Part shown: positions 9,433 through 18,119 of the stretch, piece after piece | How the letters are laid out: every line of letters begins with the position of its first letter | How positions within the stretch are numbered: position 1 is the first letter of the stretch | Source: an uncultured Acidimicrobiia bacterium | Lineage (GTDB): Bacteria > Actinomycetota > Acidimicrobiia > Spongiisociales > JAENVV01 | NCBI GenBank assembly: GCA_965363765.1 | Contig: CBDTUI010000003.1 | Coordinates: 1,103 to 65,102 of the forward strand | Length of the DNA: 64,000 nucleotides | Reading direction: 5' to 3' | Made by a program: the position numbers and the translations under genes | Notes under the pieces: model-generated | Database searches by the model: none | What the model saw: the letters and a program-made list of their open reading frames with translations, nothing else | Told to the model about the DNA's origin: nothing

Positions 9433-9440
9433 GGAGCGGC

Positions 9441-10427
9441 TTGGTGTCTGATCGAAAGAGAGTCTTTTCGGGGATTCAACCAACCGGAAACATCCACCTG
9501 GGTAACTACATGGGGGCGCTGCGCAACTGGGTCAAGCTCCAGGACGACTACGACGCCATCTACTGCGTAGTCGACCTCCACGCCATCACGGTGCCGTACG
9601 ACCCTCAGGAACTTGCCGAATCCCGTTTGGCTACGGCCAAAGCGCTGCTGGCGATCGGCGTTGACCCAAATCGTTCGCTGCTGTACTACCAATCCCAGGT
9701 TCCTCAGCACGCTGAGCTCGCCTGGCTGCTCGGTGTCGACACACCGCTTGGTGCACTGAACCGGATGACCCAGTTCAAGGAGAAGTCTGAAAAGGCTGGC
9801 CAAAAGCTCGGCCTGTACGCCTATCCGGTCCTGATGGCGGCCGACATTCTGGTTCACAAGGCTCATGCGGTTCCGGTCGGCGACGATCAAACCCAGCACC
9901 TGGAGCTGGCGAGAGACATCGCGGTGCGGTTCAACTCGAAGTACGCCGACACGTTCCCGGTGCCAGAGCAGATCACCCCACAGGTCGGGGCGCGGGTTAT
10001 GTCACTGCAGGACCCCACCGCCAAGATGTCCAAGTCCGATCCTGACGAGTCGAGTCGGATTCTCGTGTTCGATGAGCCAGATACGATCGTCAAGAAGTTC
10101 AAGAAGGCCGTGACGGACTCCGGTTCAGAAGTTGCCTATGACGTCGTCAATAAGCCTGGCATCTCGAACCTCCTAGAGATCTTGTCTCTGTTCAGTAATC
10201 GATCCATCGATGACCTCGTGAATGAACATAACGCCCTGCAGTACGGATACTTCAAGCAGCTCGTGGCAGATGCCGTCGTTGAGGGCTTGACCCCAATTCG
10301 CACCAGCTACAAGAATCTGGATGACGCCGAGGTCGGTCGCCTTATGAAGAAAGGGGCGCTCGACGCCCGCATGCGCGCCGAAGAGCAGATGGTCGGAGTC
10401 CGACGTTTGGTCGGGCTCGGGAACTGA
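9441..10427 (+). CDS. trpS: Tryptophan--tRNA ligase
   Basis: GIQPTGNIHLGNYMGA (HIGH-type motif) and KMSKSDP (KMSKS) are present. A start at TTG 9441 or GTG 9444 follows an AAGGAG ribosome-binding site. Confidence 0.93.
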   Translation: MVSDRKRVFSGIQPTGNIHLGNYMGALRNWVKLQDDYDAIYCVVDLHAITVPYDPQELAESRLATAKALLAIGVDPNRSLLYYQSQVPQHAELAWLLGVDTPLGALNRMTQFKEKSEKAGQKLGLYAYPVLMAADILVHKAHAVPVGDDQTQHLELARDIAVRFNSKYADTFPVPEQITPQVGARVMSLQDPTAKMSKSDPDESSRILVFDEPDTIVKKFKKAVTDSGSEVAYDVVNKPGISNLLEILSLFSNRSIDDLVNEHNALQYGYFKQLVADAVVEGLTPIRTSYKNLDDAEVGRLMKKGALDARMRAEEQMVGVRRLVGLGN

Positions 10428-10493
10428 CTCCCGCCCGACGTTGGTTCGCCAGCGATTCGTTTGCCAGCGGTCTAATGCCAGTGGTTTTGCTGG

Positions 10494-11270
10494 TCAGACG
10501 GTGAGCAGGTCCGAGGCGGCGACCAGAGTTGCCACGATAACGATCATGTTGTGGGTCGAATGGAAGACGATGGCGCGGCCCAGCCTGCCGTCTCGGTCGG
10601 CGAGCCACGACAAAATAAACCCCAACCACCCGATCGAAATCACGACCATGGCGGCGTGGACTGGCCACTTTTCGAGTCCGGCATCAACAGTTACCAGATG
10701 GACCAGTCCGAAGATGCCCGCCGTCGAAATGAGGGTCGGTATCCGGCCGAGTCGTCCGGCCAGGGCCCGTTGCAGCATGCCCCTAAACAGGAGCTCCTCG
10801 TAGATCGGCGCAAACCCGACCACGATGATCACGCCGATAAAAAGCGCCGATTGGGGAGCAGAGCCGAACAAATCGAGTTCGGTCTGGCTCGAGTCCGTAA
10901 TGTCGAAAGCCTCAAGTATCGGATTGAGAGCGACGGACAGAGCGATCACATTTAAGACAGCCAACGGCGCCACCCTGAGGTCCCTGAGCCGAATGTCGAA
11001 GCCGAGATCCCGTTCGAGATTCCCACCGAGTTTCCAGAGGCCAACAGCCAGCGCCGCCACCTGGGCGATGGCCTGGGCGGGCAACGCGACGTAGAAGAAG
11101 AATTCGGGGCCCGCCAGGTCTCCATCCCAGAACAACGCCACCAGGGAGGCTAGGAAAATTCCGAACGCAGTACCCGCCGCCCAGATAGCTGCCCAATGAC
11201 GAATTTTCCAAACTACGAGCGGATTTGGAAGCGGGGGAGGTCCTGACATTCGGCATACCCTACCGGTCAT
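10494..11270 (-). CDS. CPBP family intramembrane glutamic endopeptidase (CAAX protease / Abi family)
   Basis: A multi-TM protein with the CPBP motifs FAPIYEELLFRG … FGLVHL … FHSTHN. Confidence 0.8.
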   Translation of the reverse strand: MTGRVCRMSGPPPLPNPLVVWKIRHWAAIWAAGTAFGIFLASLVALFWDGDLAGPEFFFYVALPAQAIAQVAALAVGLWKLGGNLERDLGFDIRLRDLRVAPLAVLNVIALSVALNPILEAFDITDSSQTELDLFGSAPQSALFIGVIIVVGFAPIYEELLFRGMLQRALAGRLGRIPTLISTAGIFGLVHLVTVDAGLEKWPVHAAMVVISIGWLGFILSWLADRDGRLGRAIVFHSTHNMIVIVATLVAASDLLTV

Positions 11271-11333
11271 CGGAGGTTCGGAGCCCGGCCCGAATCCTGG
11301 TACCGTGGCGCCTTCTCTTGGCGGAGGTCAGCT

Positions 11334-12492
11334 CGTGGAAATTGACATTGGTATTGGTAAGTCTGGTAGGCAAGCTTTCGGGTTCGACGACATTGCGATC
11401 GTACCCAGCCGGCGCACCCGTGACCCTGATGATGTGGACATCTCGTGGGAAATGGACGGGTTTCGGTTTGCTTTGCCGATGCTGGGTTCGGCCATGGACT
11501 CGGCGATTTCACCCGCCACGGCAGTGACGATCGGACAGCTAGGTGGTCTCGGCGTACTCAACCTCGAGGGCCTGTGGTCCCGGTATGAGGAGCCTGACGA
11601 ATACCTTGCCGAAATCTCTGAGTTGGAACCGGAAAAGGCCACCCGCCGTATGCAAGACATCTATTCGGCGCCGATCCAGACCGACCTGATGGTGCAGCGA
11701 ATCCACGAGATGAAGGCAGCGGGCATCGTCACTGCTGGATCGCTGACGCCCCAGCACGTATCGACCTATGCCGACGCCGTGCGCGACGCCGGCCTAGATA
11801 TTCTTGTCATCCAGGGGACCGTGGTCTCCGCAGAACACGTATCGACCAGGGTCGAACCGCTCAACCTCAAAGAGTTCATCGCTCGGTATGAACTGCCGGT
11901 CATCGTTGGTGGGTGTGCGTCGTATTCGACGGCCCTGCACCTGATGCGAACCGGAGCGGTCGGGATACTTGTCGGCGTCGGCCCAGGGGCGGCCTGTACG
12001 ACCAGGGGTGTGCTCGGCGTAGGGGTCCCGCAGGCTACGGCGATTGCCGATGCGGCTGGAGCCCGAATTCGGTATCTCGATGAAACCGGTCGTTATGTGC
12101 ACGTCATCGCCGACGGGGGCATGCGGACCGGAGGGGACGTTTCGAAAGCCATTGCCTGTGGAGCAGACGCGGTAATGATCGGATCGCCGCTGGCCTCGGC
12201 CGCCGAGTCGCCAGGACGGGGAATGCACTGGGGAATGGCGACATTCCATCCGACCCTGCCGCGCGGTGCCCGGGTCCAGGTTGGCAACCTCGGGACACTC
12301 CAGGAGATCCTGGTCGGCCCCGCTCATGAGAACGACGGAAAGCGAAACCTCTTTGGCGGACTGCAGATGAGCATGGCGACCACCGGGTACGCCGATGTGA
12401 AAGAGTTCCAGAAGGCAGAAGTCATGATTGCCCCGTCGCTACAGACCGAAGGCAAGTCACTGCAGCGGGCCCAGCAAGTCGGGATGGGCTAG
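11334..12492 (+). CDS. guaB3: IMP dehydrogenase family protein lacking CBS domains (GuaB3-like)
   Basis: The IMPDH TIM-barrel (…FDDIAIVPSRRTRDPDDV…, …GVGPGAACTTR…, …IADGGMRTGGDVSKAIACGADAVMIGSPLA…) is present without a CBS pair. The gene sits immediately upstream of guaA. The start is moved to the GTG at 11334 (VEIDIGIGKS…). Confidence 0.8.
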
Positions 12493-12501
12493 CCCTCATT
12501 C

Positions 12502-14043
12502 ATGGATAGACACGCCCAGAGCATCCTGGTCGTCGATTTCGGCGCCCAATATGCCCAATTGATTGCCCGCCGGGTGAGGGAAGCTCATGTCTTTTCCGAG
12601 ATTGTCGGGCGCGACATCACTGCTGACGAGGTGCGCGCCAAAGCACCGACCGGCATCATTTTGTCGGGCGGTCCCGCGTCGGTCTACGCAGATAACGCAT
12701 ACGAGCTTGACCGGTCGATTGTTGACCTAGGTATCCCGATTCTTGGGATTTGCTATGGACACCAGGTTCTCGCCCACGCCACGGGTGGGGTAGTTACCCA
12801 AACGGGTAGCGGCGAATACGGCAAAACCCAACTCACAGTCACTGAAATAGATTCAGTCCTGTTTCACGACTTGCCGCTTGAGCAGGAAGTGTGGATGAGC
12901 CACGGAGACGCCGTAACTCAGGTTCCACCGGGGTTTCGTTGTGTTGCGCGAACCGACCAGGCGCCGGTGGCGGCGATGGAGAACGTCGAAGCCAAACAAT
13001 ACGGAGTTCAATTCCATCCCGAGGTTGCCCACACGCCCCGTGGGTTCGACATCATCAAGCACTTTCTGTACGAGGTCTGCCAAGCCCAGCCCACCTGGAC
13101 ACATCACTCGATCATCGAGTCGTCGATCGAGGCGATCCGCAAGCAAGTCGGTGACGGGCAGGTGGTATGTGGGCTTTCCGGTGGGGTGGACTCTTCGGTT
13201 GCGGCGGCCCTGGTTCAGCGGGCCGTGGGAGAGCAACTTACCTGTATTTTTGTTGATCACGGTCTGATGAGATTGGGCGAGGGCGAACAAGTCGAGGAGA
13301 CTTTCCGACGGAACTTTCCGACCAATCTGATCCACGTCAGGGCCGAAGATCGATTCCTGGAAAAGCTTGCTGGCGTCACAGATCCTGAGGAAAAGCGCAA
13401 GGCGATCGGCGAAACGTTCATTCGGGTGTTCGAGGAGGTTGCCAAAGACCTTTCAGACGCCCGGTTCCTCGTTCAGGGGACGCTGTACCCCGATGTCATC
13501 GAATCCGGTACGAAAGACGCTGCGAAGATCAAATCACATCACAATGTTGGTGGCCTGCCCGACGATATGGTGTTCGACTTGGTCGAACCGCTTCGGGACC
13601 TATTCAAAGATGAGGTTCGCGCGGTTGGCGAGGAGTTGGGTCTCCCGGAGGAAATCGTGCATCGGCAACCATTTCCCGGCCCTGGGCTCGGCGTGCGGAT
13701 CATCGGGGAGGTCACCAAGGAACGACTCGATATCCTCCGAGCTGCTGACGCCATCGTCCTCGAGGAGATAAAACGGGCTGGCCTCTATCACACACTTTGG
13801 CAGTCGTTCGGGGTGCTCCCGGCGATCAAGACGGTTGGCGTCCAAGGCGATGGGCGTACCTACGCCTACCCGCTGATCCTGCGAGCCGTCACCTCGGAGG
13901 ACGCGATGACAGCTGATTGGGCGAGGCTGCCATATGAGGTTCTCGAACAAATCTCCTCGCGTGTGATCAACGAGGTTCCCGGGATCAACCGGGTCGCTTA
14001 CGACATCAGCTCCAAGCCGCCTGCCACTATTGAGTGGGAGTAG
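12502..14043 (+). CDS. guaA: GMP synthase (glutamine-hydrolysing)
   Basis: A class-I glutamine amidotransferase domain (GICYGHQ) is followed by an ATP-PPase SGGVDSSV P-loop and a GMP synthase C-domain; the product is 513 aa. Confidence 0.95.
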   Translation: MDRHAQSILVVDFGAQYAQLIARRVREAHVFSEIVGRDITADEVRAKAPTGIILSGGPASVYADNAYELDRSIVDLGIPILGICYGHQVLAHATGGVVTQTGSGEYGKTQLTVTEIDSVLFHDLPLEQEVWMSHGDAVTQVPPGFRCVARTDQAPVAAMENVEAKQYGVQFHPEVAHTPRGFDIIKHFLYEVCQAQPTWTHHSIIESSIEAIRKQVGDGQVVCGLSGGVDSSVAAALVQRAVGEQLTCIFVDHGLMRLGEGEQVEETFRRNFPTNLIHVRAEDRFLEKLAGVTDPEEKRKAIGETFIRVFEEVAKDLSDARFLVQGTLYPDVIESGTKDAAKIKSHHNVGGLPDDMVFDLVEPLRDLFKDEVRAVGEELGLPEEIVHRQPFPGPGLGVRIIGEVTKERLDILRAADAIVLEEIKRAGLYHTLWQSFGVLPAIKTVGVQGDGRTYAYPLILRAVTSEDAMTADWARLPYEVLEQISSRVINEVPGINRVAYDISSKPPATIEWE

Positions 14044-14114
14044 TAAGAACCCTCAAGCGGTGCTATCAGCGAGCCGATGATTTAGGGGTAGCTTTCGTTA
14101 CTTGAGGCAATTGC

Positions 14115-16205
14115 GTGGACTTCACCGACAACCCCGAACTTCAAGCCATCTTCCGGGAGGAAGTTGGCGAGCGCTCCGCTGATCTCGCCGCGGCGACCCG
14201 CAGTATGGCGGTCCGCCTTCTCCCTCCTGAAGAAGCTGCTACCGCTCGCCGTAACGCCCACACGATCAAGGGAAACGCCTACGTGATGGGGTTTCAGGTA
14301 ATGGGCGATGTTGCCAAAATTGTCGAAGACGTTTTGAAGGAAGTAGTGGCCGAATCGCGGCCGCAGAGTGCCCGTCTCGGTGAGCTGATTGCGGCGATTG
14401 CCGACCTGTTCCCTGACGCCGTCGATGTTGGGCCAACCGGTGACGTCGGCTCACTCGTAGCGGCCAGAGATCGGTTGGCAGCTCACGTGAACGGTAGTGA
14501 TCCAGGACCTGGGGACGGCGCACCAGAACCGCCAGACGAAGACTCGCCGGAGACTCAAGGTGCCGACGTTGTTGACATTGCCGAGCGTCTCGCCGGCCGA
14601 GCAGCCGAGGAATCAGGCCCGCACCATTCGGATCTGGGCGGGCTTGTGTCCAACATTGTCACGAGTTTCTCGACGCATGCAACCAGGGTTCCTACGACGG
14701 CGCTTTATCAACTGATCAACCGGGCCGTCGAAGTTCGACTCGACATGGAAGTGGTTCTTGGTGCGCTGCAGGCGGTAGTTGCCAACCCGAACGACCGACA
14801 AGTTTGGCAAGACGCACTCATCAAATTGGAGCGATCAGTTCTCCAGCTCCAAACCGACGCACTCGACCTGGCGACCATCCCGATTTCTGAAATAACCAGT
14901 ACGCTCGACCAACTTGTGCGATACGTTGCTCGGCGTACCGGAAAGAATGTCAAATTCGAGGTAGTGGGCGAAGACATCAGAGTCGACCGTCAGGTGGTTG
15001 ACGCATTGCGAGACCCGCTGCGCCAACTCGTGGTCAACGCCCTCGATCATGGCACCGAGGGACCTCACGAACGAGCGACTGCCGGGAAGGCACCTACCGC
15101 CACCCTGAAGGTCGAATTCTCCATCGAACACCACGTCCTCCATATGGTTGTCAGCGACGATGGCCCGGGCATCGACTGGACCAAGGTGAACGCCGTGGCC
15201 GGAAGCTGCGGCCTTACATCCGGCGATCTAAATGTTGACGAGCTCACCCGGTTGTTGTTTCTGCCCGAGTTTTCCACGGTAGATCCTCCTCAGGAGATTT
15301 CGGGCGACGGTGCCGGCCTGGCTTCCGCATACGAAGCGGCCCGAGTCCTCAACGGTGACATCCGGATCGTCTCGGATGAAGGTGGCACGATGGTGTCGTT
15401 GATCGTCCCCCGCTCGCTCATCCTTCAGGATCTTTGGATCGTTGAGTCGGAAGGTCAAGAGTGGGGGATCCCCGAAGCGGCGGTCGTGACCGCCCTTCCG
15501 GCCACGAATGTGAAAGATGGCGTCATGAGCTTTAGAGGGGCGCCGCTAGTTCTGCGGAACCTGGCCTCCATCGTGGGAGCCAGTCCAACTGTCGAGGCTG
15601 AACAGGTCATTGTCATAGGGAGTCCGGAGGGTCAGGTTGGGCTTCTGGTGTCGAACGTGGTCGGGCGTCGCCAAGTGGCCGTCAAAAGCCTCGGCCCGAT
15701 TCTGGAAGGCTCGCCGCATCTGGCTGCCGCTGCCCACCTCGGCGGCGAAGAAGTCGTAGTAGTAATCGACCCTCGCCAGATCGTTGCCGATGCCAAAGTT
15801 CCCGTGGGTCTAGACACCTATCGACCGAAGGTACTCATCGTCGATGACAGCCTCGGCGTCCGGCAGCTGATCTCGGCGACATTGGGTGTGCATGGTTTTG
15901 ACACCACCGTGGCACCGGACGCTGAGGAAGCGTTGCGTTTGCTGGTCGAGTCTTCCGTTGATGCGATCGTTGTCGATTTTCAAATGCCCGGCCAAGATGG
16001 GATCGAGCTGGTCCGTCAGGTCCGGTCGATACGCCGGGCCCTCCCGATCGTGATGGTTTCGGGTGTTGCGGCAGCCAGTGACCAGCGCCGGGCATTTACC
16101 GAGGGTGTAGACGCCTACCTCGACAAGGCGGATTTTCGGCAAGGTGCCCTCGCTACGACTCTGTGGTCCTTGCTGGATTCCGTAACTGCTGAGGTGGGCC
16201 GATGA
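14115..16205 (+). CDS. CheA-like hybrid histidine kinase with a C-terminal receiver (HPt–dimerisation–HATPase–CheW-like–REC; CheA-CheY fusion)
   Basis: The P1/HPt domain carries a CheA-type phospho-His motif (RRNAHTIKGNAYVMGF). The HATPase_c has N-box/G-boxes (VVNALDHG… DDGPGID… GAGLASAYEAARVLNGDIRIV). A CheW-like domain follows (LWIVESEGQEWGIPEAAVV…), then a REC domain (KVLIVDDSLGVRQ… DAIVVDFQMPGQDG… PIVMVSG). No P2 domain is evident. Confidence 0.8.
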   Translation: MDFTDNPELQAIFREEVGERSADLAAATRSMAVRLLPPEEAATARRNAHTIKGNAYVMGFQVMGDVAKIVEDVLKEVVAESRPQSARLGELIAAIADLFPDAVDVGPTGDVGSLVAARDRLAAHVNGSDPGPGDGAPEPPDEDSPETQGADVVDIAERLAGRAAEESGPHHSDLGGLVSNIVTSFSTHATRVPTTALYQLINRAVEVRLDMEVVLGALQAVVANPNDRQVWQDALIKLERSVLQLQTDALDLATIPISEITSTLDQLVRYVARRTGKNVKFEVVGEDIRVDRQVVDALRDPLRQLVVNALDHGTEGPHERATAGKAPTATLKVEFSIEHHVLHMVVSDDGPGIDWTKVNAVAGSCGLTSGDLNVDELTRLLFLPEFSTVDPPQEISGDGAGLASAYEAARVLNGDIRIVSDEGGTMVSLIVPRSLILQDLWIVESEGQEWGIPEAAVVTALPATNVKDGVMSFRGAPLVLRNLASIVGASPTVEAEQVIVIGSPEGQVGLLVSNVVGRRQVAVKSLGPILEGSPHLAAAAHLGGEEVVVVIDPRQIVADAKVPVGLDTYRPKVLIVDDSLGVRQLISATLGVHGFDTTVAPDAEEALRLLVESSVDAIVVDFQMPGQDGIELVRQVRSIRRALPIVMVSGVAAASDQRRAFTEGVDAYLDKADFRQGALATTLWSLLDSVTAEVGR

Positions 16206-17191
16206 AAATTCTTGTCGCTGACGACTCACCGGTAATCCGGTCAGCGGTTTCTGTCGTTCTGAGCGCCGACGGTCATGAGATCGTGACCGCTGAAGACGGG
16301 ATCAGCACCATTCAAGCCGTGTATCGCGAGATGCCCGACCTGATCGTTCTGGACATTCAGATGCCGCGTATGACCGGGTATATGGCTTGTCGTCTTCTCA
16401 AGGAAGACTGGACGGTCGCTCACATTCCCGTCTTAATCTTGACCGCCCACGATTCGACTGAAGACCGCTACTGGGCGGCCAAATCGGGTGCGGACGGCTA
16501 TCTCACCAAAGAAGCGCTTGGCGACGATCTTGCCGCGGCCGTCAAGTCGGTATCCGCCTCGCGTGTGCTGTCTGAGCTCAGTGGGGCTCAGCAGGCCGAT
16601 CCCATCGACCTTGATCAGATGGATGTGCTCGAGCGGGTCACGTCGATGCTTGATCGTAAGCTGTTCGAAATGACTGTCGTCAACGACATTGTGACGCTGT
16701 CGACTCGTCCCCTTGATGTCAAGACGACGCTGGTAGAGCTCATGTTCATTGTGCGTCGATTTGTAGCGTTCGATGTCGCGGCTCTAGCTCTCGTGGACGA
16801 GAAGGCGATTTCTGTCCATGTCGACCGGGCACTCAACCTCGATGATTTCGAGTCCTTTGTAGACCGGTCGGCCCGCGAACTGCATACGCGGGTGGACTTC
16901 AACTATGAGCCTTCGGCCATGCAGGTTTGGCGATCCGACTCGATTGAGATGCTCGAAGCCGATAGCGAAAAACTCGTGTCGACATTTGCCGTAGAGTTGA
17001 AGATGCGTGGTGACGTGATCGGGTTGTTGTTGCTCGGGGCAACAACTCCAAACGCGTTTGCGCCAGGGGTGGCCAAGACACTTCGGGCGATCAGTTCGCC
17101 AATGGCGACCGTAATCGATTCGTCGATCCACCACGCCAAGCTGATCGAAGAAGAGGCACGACATAGCCTGTCGAGCCTCTACGACAACTAG
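16202..17191 (+). CDS. Response regulator with N-terminal receiver and C-terminal GAF-like domain
   Basis: REC domain (MKILVADDSPVIRSAVSVVL… LIVLDIQMPRMTGY… PVLILTAH…SGADGYLTK) followed by ~200 aa with a GAF-like pattern (…FDVAALALVDE… GDVIGLLLLG…). There is no DNA-binding or enzymatic output domain. The start ATG overlaps the stop of the CheA-like gene (ATGA). Confidence 0.7.
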   Translation: MKILVADDSPVIRSAVSVVLSADGHEIVTAEDGISTIQAVYREMPDLIVLDIQMPRMTGYMACRLLKEDWTVAHIPVLILTAHDSTEDRYWAAKSGADGYLTKEALGDDLAAAVKSVSASRVLSELSGAQQADPIDLDQMDVLERVTSMLDRKLFEMTVVNDIVTLSTRPLDVKTTLVELMFIVRRFVAFDVAALALVDEKAISVHVDRALNLDDFESFVDRSARELHTRVDFNYEPSAMQVWRSDSIEMLEADSEKLVSTFAVELKMRGDVIGLLLLGATTPNAFAPGVAKTLRAISSPMATVIDSSIHHAKLIEEEARHSLSSLYDN

Positions 17192-17243
17192 AAACCAATA
17201 ACCGAGACAGCGCCGCCGTGAGGTTGCGCATAAGGAAGATCAC

Positions 17244-18068
17244 ATGGATCTCCAATCAGCGTTTTTCGCTGTGCTCTCCATCCTCGTGGGTGGAGTTGGT
17301 CTGGTGGCCGTCTTCCTTGCGAGGCGCCGCGAGCGTGCAGCCGTGGACGCAGCCGAACGGGCTGCCCGAATGAAGAACGACTTTGTGTCCATGGTGAGTC
17401 ACGAGTTGCGAACCCCGCTCACTTCGATCTCGGGGTTTGGATCGTTGCTCGCAGAAGGGTGGCAAGACCTCGGCGTCGAGGAGGTCGATGAATTCCTCAA
17501 CATTGTCGTGTCGCAGGCCAAACACCTCGAAGAGCTGGTCGAGGATGTTCTCGTCATACCTCGCCTTGAAGCTGGCCGACTTCGACTAGAGCCGGAGCTA
17601 CTCGACATCTCAATCCTGGCGCATGAGCTGGCCGCACTTACGTTCCGAGATTCGGATGCCGAAGCCCAGACCACAATCCCGGGCGGTGCGATGGTCTTCG
17701 CTGATCGGCGACGGGTTGGACAAGTGTTGCGCAACCTCCTTGAGAACGCCCGAAAGTACGGCGGCGATCAGGTGCTCATCGAGGGTGCCCATGTTGGCGA
17801 GTTGTTCATGGTGGTGGTGTCCGATAACGGTCAGGGTGTCAAAGAACACGAGCGCGAAATCATTTTCCGGCATTTCGAGCAGGTATCCAAGGGCGATAGC
17901 CGGGCCAATCAGGGCATCGGACTCGGGCTACCGATCGCCCGAAACCTGGCCAGAGCTATGGGTGGCGACGTTTGGTACGAGCCGCGTTTTCCGGTGGGGG
18001 CCCGGTTTTGTTTCACCCTGCGAACCACCTCGGCCGAGGAACGATTGTCGGTACCTGCCCGGGTGTAA
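17244..18068 (+). CDS. Membrane-anchored histidine kinase with no sensor domain (1 TM, HisKA, HATPase_c)
   Basis: An N-terminal TM helix (FFAVLSILVGGVGLVAVFLA) is followed directly by an H-box (MVSHELRTPLTSISGF) and N/G boxes (LRNLLENARKYGG… DNGQGV… GIGLGLPIARNLARAMGG). The product is 274 aa. Confidence 0.8.
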   Translation: MDLQSAFFAVLSILVGGVGLVAVFLARRRERAAVDAAERAARMKNDFVSMVSHELRTPLTSISGFGSLLAEGWQDLGVEEVDEFLNIVVSQAKHLEELVEDVLVIPRLEAGRLRLEPELLDISILAHELAALTFRDSDAEAQTTIPGGAMVFADRRRVGQVLRNLLENARKYGGDQVLIEGAHVGELFMVVVSDNGQGVKEHEREIIFRHFEQVSKGDSRANQGIGLGLPIARNLARAMGGDVWYEPRFPVGARFCFTLRTTSAEERLSVPARV

Positions 18069-18119
18069 ATCACCCGCATGTGATTACAGTCCTCGTGACC
18101 GGTTACCATCGGTGGTCAC

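Noticed and set aside
9241-9440. T-box riboswitch upstream of trpS
   Set aside because: No T-box consensus (AATTAGGGTGGNACCGCG) or specifier-loop architecture was found. The Trp-codon uORF/hairpin arrangement fits better.
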